A stretch of 64,000 bases of DNA from Candidatus Binatia bacterium (lineage in GTDB: Bacteria; Desulfobacterota; Binatia; Bin18). The first letter of the stretch is position 1; every line of letters begins with the position of its first letter. The stretch is from assembly GCA_963664395.2 (NCBI GenBank), contig OY761159.2, positions 128,001 through 192,000 of the forward strand. The letters are read 5' to 3'. A model generated the notes under the pieces. It was not told the origin of the DNA. It ran no database searches and worked only from the letters and a program-made list of their open reading frames with translations. A program made the translations under genes and the position numbers. Below, in pieces: positions 59,501 through 64,000 of the stretch.

Positions 59501-61429
59501 ATGAGATTAGAGATTCAACGGGTTGAAAACGTATTTGAAGATATGTCCTTCGGGAGCGCCGGTCCGTACGAGAAAATAGTCGGGCGGGCCTATGGCGAGG
59601 TCGATCCCACCAATCCACTCAATCAAGATATCGTTAATCTCGACAAGGCGCCGGCGAATACCAGGGGCAGGGTCGAATACGCGGTGGATTTCTGCGTGCT
59701 CAAACCCACCGACCTCGGCAAGAGTAATCGGCGCATTTTGTACGACACCCCCAATCGGGGTGACAAGCTGGCCCTGATTGACATCAACGACGCCCAGAAG
59801 GGTCCGACTTTCAACGACCCGGTCAGCGCAGCGGACGCCGGTAACGGCTTTCTCATGCGACAGGGGTATGTGCTGGTTTTCAGCGCCTGGCAGGGTGACG
59901 CGCAGCCGGGCGAGGGACATATGCTCGCCGAGTTTCCAGTCGCCACCAATAAGGGCGCTCCCATCGTCGGCGACTCGCGCGAGGAAATGATTTTCGGCCA
60001 TACCGATAGCCCGGCCGTACTGCCGCTCACGTATCCGGCGCATTCCTTGGATCAGAGCGCCGCGACGCTGACCGTCAGGCTGTATGAAGCAGACGCGCGC
60101 CTACCCGTTCCTGCCGAGCGCTGGCGGTATGTCTCACCCCGGCAGATCGAAATCGACCTGGTTGAGGGCTTTGATGCCGGTGCCATATACGAGTTCATTT
60201 ACCCGGCGTGTGACCCCATTGTCATGGGCCTCGGTTTTGTAGCGGTGCGTGACTTTGTGACCTATATGCGCTCTACCGAGCCGGACGCCGCCGGCCAGCC
60301 TCACCCGCTGAGCCCCGACCCCAGCGCACCGGCTATCGATCATGTGATTGCCTATGGACGCTCACAGCCCGGCCGCTTTTTGCGTGAGTTTGTCCGCCTG
60401 GGGTTTAACCAAGACCTGAATGGCGGCAGGGTCTTCGATGGCATCTATGCCAGTATCGCCGGGTCACGGCGTATTTTCCTGAACGCACCGTTTGCGCAGC
60501 CGGGTCGCTTTCACCGCCAACAGGAAGACCACCTGTATCCGGGCGATCAGTTTCCGTTCAGCTATGCGACCCGGACGGATTCGGTCAGTGGCAGGACCGA
60601 TGGCATCCTGGCCCGCAGCCTGGCGTCCGACACCTGCCCCAAGATTATACACGTCGATTCGAGCACCGAATTCTGGCTGGGGCGCAGTTCGCTGGTGGTG
60701 ACCGACGAACACGGCGCGGACATCGAAATCCCGGGGGAGGTGCGGGTCTTTCTGTTCTCAGGCACGGGCCATGCCGGGCCGATTATGCTGAACCACGCCG
60801 CCGTATTCTCTCAGAATCCGGCCTATGCCATGAACTTCTTGAACTATAATCCGCTGAATCGTTCGCTCCTGGTTGCCCTGGACCAATGGGCCACTCAGGG
60901 CATACCACCGCCGGACAGTCGTGTCCCGCGTTCGGGCGACGGCACCCTTGCTCGCCCAGCGCCCCAGGCTGCGACCGGGTTTCCGACCATCCCGGGCGTC
61001 CGTCACCCGGAGCGGGTGAACGAGTTGTCGGTAATGGATTACAGCCAGCAGCCACCCACGCCCGTACCCGGCAAAGCCTATCGCGTGTTGGTGCCCAAGG
61101 TTGATGCGGACGGCAATGAGCTGGCCGGTATCCGCCTGCCCGCTATCAGCGTCCCGCTCGGTACGCATACCGGCTGGAATCTCCGTGGGGCCGGATTCTC
61201 TCCGGGCGCGCTCATGCTGGTGGGCTCGTATTTCCCGTTTGCGGCGACCAAAGAGGAACGACAGGCCAACGGCGACCCCCGGCCCTCGTTGGAAGAGCGC
61301 TATCTCAGCCATGACGCCTACGTCGCCGCGGTCAGCCGCGCTGCCGCCGAGCTACAGGAGGCGCGCTTGCTGCTCGCCGAAGACGCGGAGCGCTCCGTTG
61401 CCGCGGCCAAAGCCGCTGCAATAGGCTAG
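59501..61429 (+). CDS. Alpha/beta-hydrolase-domain protein (uncharacterised family)
   Basis: AGPYEKIVG, GLGFVAVRDFV, GRSQPGRFLR, PKVDADGNELAGIRLP, DPRPSLEERY. Confidence 0.8.
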   Translation: MRLEIQRVENVFEDMSFGSAGPYEKIVGRAYGEVDPTNPLNQDIVNLDKAPANTRGRVEYAVDFCVLKPTDLGKSNRRILYDTPNRGDKLALIDINDAQKGPTFNDPVSAADAGNGFLMRQGYVLVFSAWQGDAQPGEGHMLAEFPVATNKGAPIVGDSREEMIFGHTDSPAVLPLTYPAHSLDQSAATLTVRLYEADARLPVPAERWRYVSPRQIEIDLVEGFDAGAIYEFIYPACDPIVMGLGFVAVRDFVTYMRSTEPDAAGQPHPLSPDPSAPAIDHVIAYGRSQPGRFLREFVRLGFNQDLNGGRVFDGIYASIAGSRRIFLNAPFAQPGRFHRQQEDHLYPGDQFPFSYATRTDSVSGRTDGILARSLASDTCPKIIHVDSSTEFWLGRSSLVVTDEHGADIEIPGEVRVFLFSGTGHAGPIMLNHAAVFSQNPAYAMNFLNYNPLNRSLLVALDQWATQGIPPPDSRVPRSGDGTLARPAPQAATGFPTIPGVRHPERVNELSVMDYSQQPPTPVPGKAYRVLVPKVDADGNELAGIRLPAISVPLGTHTGWNLRGAGFSPGALMLVGSYFPFAATKEERQANGDPRPSLEERYLSHDAYVAAVSRAAAELQEARLLLAEDAERSVAAAKAAAIG

Positions 61430-61459
61430 AGCGCCGGACGGACGAGCAGGGAGGTAGGC

Positions 61460-62470
61460 ATGCCAGCCGAGCACGAGAAGCTGTGGGACTATGACGCGGT
61501 GGCCGTCGGTCAGACCGGAACCGAGACCACGGTCATCCTCACCCTGGACATACTGCGCGAGTACTCCCGGGCCACCCAACATGCCCGGGGGGCGGAACTG
61601 GATCAGACTAACGATGCGACAACCCCCGCCGCAGTCCTGGCCATGCCCAGCATGGTGTTGGCCTACGCGCCGCTGTTGCGCTACGACTTGGCCGAGAACA
61701 ACGGTTTTGTGGCGCTCGAAGACGCCAAGACCGCGCGCCGCCAGACGCCGTTTGCCAAGTGCGATATTCGGTGGCATGCGCCGGTCGTGGTCGGTGATTG
61801 CATCACCGCCAGCCGTCGGGTCCTGGACAAGTATGAACGCCGTGGCAGCAAGTTTGTGACCTTTCGCGTGGAAGCGGTCAACCAGCGCGGGGTCAGGGTC
61901 GCCGACTATGACTACACCTGCATCTTCGCCTATGCCCAGGGACAGAAGACCGTCCCCGCCTCGGGGGAGGCCGAGACGGAGGGAACTCCAGTCAAGCCCG
62001 GACAGCCCGTAGCCGAAGCGCGTCGGGTACTGACGGCCGAGCAGGCCACGGTGGGTACCACGCTGCCGGCGCTCCAGGTCACGGAGAGTCAGGACACGAT
62101 TCTGGGCTATAACAACGTCCAGCTAGCGGGCCGGCTCATGACGAGCAATATCCATACGGATGAGGAGTTTGCGCGCCACAACATTTTTGGCGGGGCCGTC
62201 AACGCCGGGCCCGCCACCCTGTCCTACGTGGAGCAGATGCTCAGCCTGTCGTTTCCACTGTCCGCGTTTTACGCCGGCGGCCGCCTGCTCATGCGCGCTA
62301 TCGAGCCGTTTCGGGCCGGACAGGTAGTGACCCTGCGGGGCGAGGTGGTGGCGGTACAAGCCAGAGGGGATCACCATCAGGTCGGCTGTAGCGTGCGCGG
62401 TACCAATCAACTGGGCTCACTCGTGTGCCTGGCCGAGGCCACCTTGAACCTCCCCCCTACGGAGGAGTAG
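61460..62470 (+). CDS. Double hot-dog (MaoC-like) dehydratase
   Basis: Two hot-dog folds: WHAPVVVGD..KYERRG..VNQRG and NIHTDEEFAR..IFGG..NQLG. Confidence 0.8.
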   Translation: MPAEHEKLWDYDAVAVGQTGTETTVILTLDILREYSRATQHARGAELDQTNDATTPAAVLAMPSMVLAYAPLLRYDLAENNGFVALEDAKTARRQTPFAKCDIRWHAPVVVGDCITASRRVLDKYERRGSKFVTFRVEAVNQRGVRVADYDYTCIFAYAQGQKTVPASGEAETEGTPVKPGQPVAEARRVLTAEQATVGTTLPALQVTESQDTILGYNNVQLAGRLMTSNIHTDEEFARHNIFGGAVNAGPATLSYVEQMLSLSFPLSAFYAGGRLLMRAIEPFRAGQVVTLRGEVVAVQARGDHHQVGCSVRGTNQLGSLVCLAEATLNLPPTEE

Positions 62471-62482
62471 GGCATCGTCACT

Positions 62483-62974
62483 ATGCAAAAAGACTTTGGA
62501 GCAGCCTTTGCGTCGATTGGGGATAAAACGTTTACGGCAAAATATCATGCCAGTTGCTATTGTCAGGCTGTCCAATACGAAGTGAGCGCAGATCCGGTGG
62601 ACGCGAAAATCTGTCACTGCGTGGAATGCCAGAAGCTGCACGGCGCGCCCATGCAGTGGGCCGCCATTTTTCACAAACGCCACGTGCGCATTACGCACGG
62701 CATCGCTCAGCTCCGCTTCTACAACAGCGAGCGGCAGCAGTATGAACGCATTCTCCCCTGCAAAGTCAGCTGTGTCGGGTGTGGAACGCTGATTGCGGAT
62801 GAGGGGCGTAAGATGTGGCTGGCGTTTCCCTCTCTGTTTGATTTTGGGCGCCCGCCTCAGGTGCCAACAAGTTTCAAACCCACGTGTCATATTTTCTATG
62901 GGATGCGGGTAATGGATATGCCCGATGAGCTGCCGAAGTGGGCGGGCCATAAGAATAAGTCCGTTCAATTGTAA
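62483..62974 (+). CDS. GFA (Mss4-like, Zn) family protein
   Basis: CYCQAV, CHCVECQK, CVGCGT, PTCHIFY. Confidence 0.9.
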   Translation: MQKDFGAAFASIGDKTFTAKYHASCYCQAVQYEVSADPVDAKICHCVECQKLHGAPMQWAAIFHKRHVRITHGIAQLRFYNSERQQYERILPCKVSCVGCGTLIADEGRKMWLAFPSLFDFGRPPQVPTSFKPTCHIFYGMRVMDMPDELPKWAGHKNKSVQL

Positions 62975-63030
62975 CCAGAAGATTTGCTATTGGACCAGCG
63001 GACGCAATCAAGAGGTCGTGTGTTCAACCC

Positions 63031-63795
63031 TTAGTCGGCTTGCTCGGCGTGTGGCCGATTGATCAACGTGGCTGCGGCGGCCGCACCAAATCCGTTATCG
63101 ATATTCACCACGGTCACACCCGCCGCACACGAATTGAGCATAGCCAAGAGGGCGGCGACGCCACCGAAACTGGCGCCATAGCCGATGCTTGTTGGGACCG
63201 CGATGATGGGCCGATCAACCAGCCCGCCAATAACACTCGGCAGCGCGCCTTCCATACCGGCCACCACAATTAAGACCGACGCAGCCATGAGCTGATCCAG
63301 ATTATCAAACAAGCGGTGAATACCTGCGACGCCGACATCGTATAAACGCTCGACTTTGTTCCCGAGCCACTCGGCTGAAATCACCGCCTCTTCGGCAACC
63401 GGAATATCCGCAGTGCCAGCCGCGATCACCAGGATGGACAACCGCGTGCGGGGAATCGGCTGTTTGCCCAGGGCTCCGATGCGCGCCTCCGGATAGTACA
63501 CCAGGGCGGGCAGGGAGATTTTGATCTCCTGCGCCTTGTTTTCATCCAGACGCGTAATCAGGGCCGGCTGTCCGTTCTCAACCAGACGTGAGGCAATCGC
63601 GGCAATCTGCTGACTCGTTTTTCCCGGCCCCCAAATGACCTCGGGAAAGCCTTTGCGGAGCGCTCGGTGGTGGTCGATTCGGGCAAAGCCGAGATCTTCA
63701 AAAGGCAGGTGTTTGAGCCGTTCAAGTGCTTGCTCGACCGGCAACACCCCCTGTTGCACTTGGGTGAGCATTTCAGCCAAGCGGTCTGGTGTCAT
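63031..63795 (-). CDS. larB: Nickel-pincer cofactor biosynthesis protein LarB (AIR-carboxylase-like)
   Basis: DHHRALRKGFPEV, AGTADIPVAEEA, DVGVAGIHRL, AGMEGALPS, VNIDNGFGAA. Confidence 0.93.
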   Translation of the reverse strand: MTPDRLAEMLTQVQQGVLPVEQALERLKHLPFEDLGFARIDHHRALRKGFPEVIWGPGKTSQQIAAIASRLVENGQPALITRLDENKAQEIKISLPALVYYPEARIGALGKQPIPRTRLSILVIAAGTADIPVAEEAVISAEWLGNKVERLYDVGVAGIHRLFDNLDQLMAASVLIVVAGMEGALPSVIGGLVDRPIIAVPTSIGYGASFGGVAALLAMLNSCAAGVTVVNIDNGFGAAAAATLINRPHAEQAD

Positions 63796-64000
63796 AGTCT
63801 GCTCTGCGCGAAATGATTAAACCCGGTAAACTCGCTCGCGGCCCGCGGCCCGTCCGGTAACCTGACGGTGACTCCGTCTGCCTGGGGCACGAGCGAACCG
63901 ATGCGTGTGATCGCACAGCCGCTCTGGTCTGCGACGGCCTGAATCCTGGAGCGCGCCGCAGCCGGCGCACTAAAGAGTAACTCGTAATCCTCCCCGCCAG
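63792..64000 (-). CDS. thiL: Thiamine-monophosphate kinase, C-terminal fragment (5' end outside the window)
   Basis: Hand translation GGEDYELLFSAP...ITRIG...GFNHF; ATGA overlap with larB. Confidence 0.88.
   Translation of the reverse strand, partial: GGEDYELLFSAPAAARSRIQAVADQSGCAITRIGSLVPQADGVTVRLPDGPRAASEFTGFNHFAQSRL

Overview
Bacterial chromosomal window, moderately GC-rich and gene-dense, with about 55 CDS. It holds a small housekeeping block (folE, rnpB, Zn-ribbon protein, tRNA-Ile2(CAT), dnaG, rpsU, larB, partial thiL) among many accessory catabolic and redox genes: 5 luciferase-like monooxygenases, 2 CoA-transferases, 2 SDRs, GSTs, nitroreductases, an acyl-CoA dehydrogenase, a molybdopterin oxidoreductase and an amidase. 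There are also 2 RelE-type toxin-antitoxin pairs and tandem ClC channels. The gene mix (LLM expansion, giant FN3/cadherin surface protein) suggests a delta-proteobacteria-like or Binatia-like, possibly sponge-associated organism; this is inference only. Five observations stand out. (1) A 2110-aa kexin/furin-like protease-adhesin lacks its own propeptide and is preceded by a separately encoded, secreted propeptide-like protein, a candidate external chaperone; a MITE-like element lies between the two genes. (2) An AMIN-TolC fusion sits next to an AMIN-only paralog. (3) A diverged 88-bp copy of the 5' part of the AarF/UbiB kinase gene lies 4 kb away and brackets a decaying gene cassette, like an att scar. 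(4) rpsU-dnaG is followed directly by tRNA-Ile2 with no rpoD. (5) A FadL-type porin carries an unusual repeat-containing C-terminal extension. No CRISPR array, rRNA, integrase or transposase was seen. All family assignments come from motif recognition by eye; no database searches were run.
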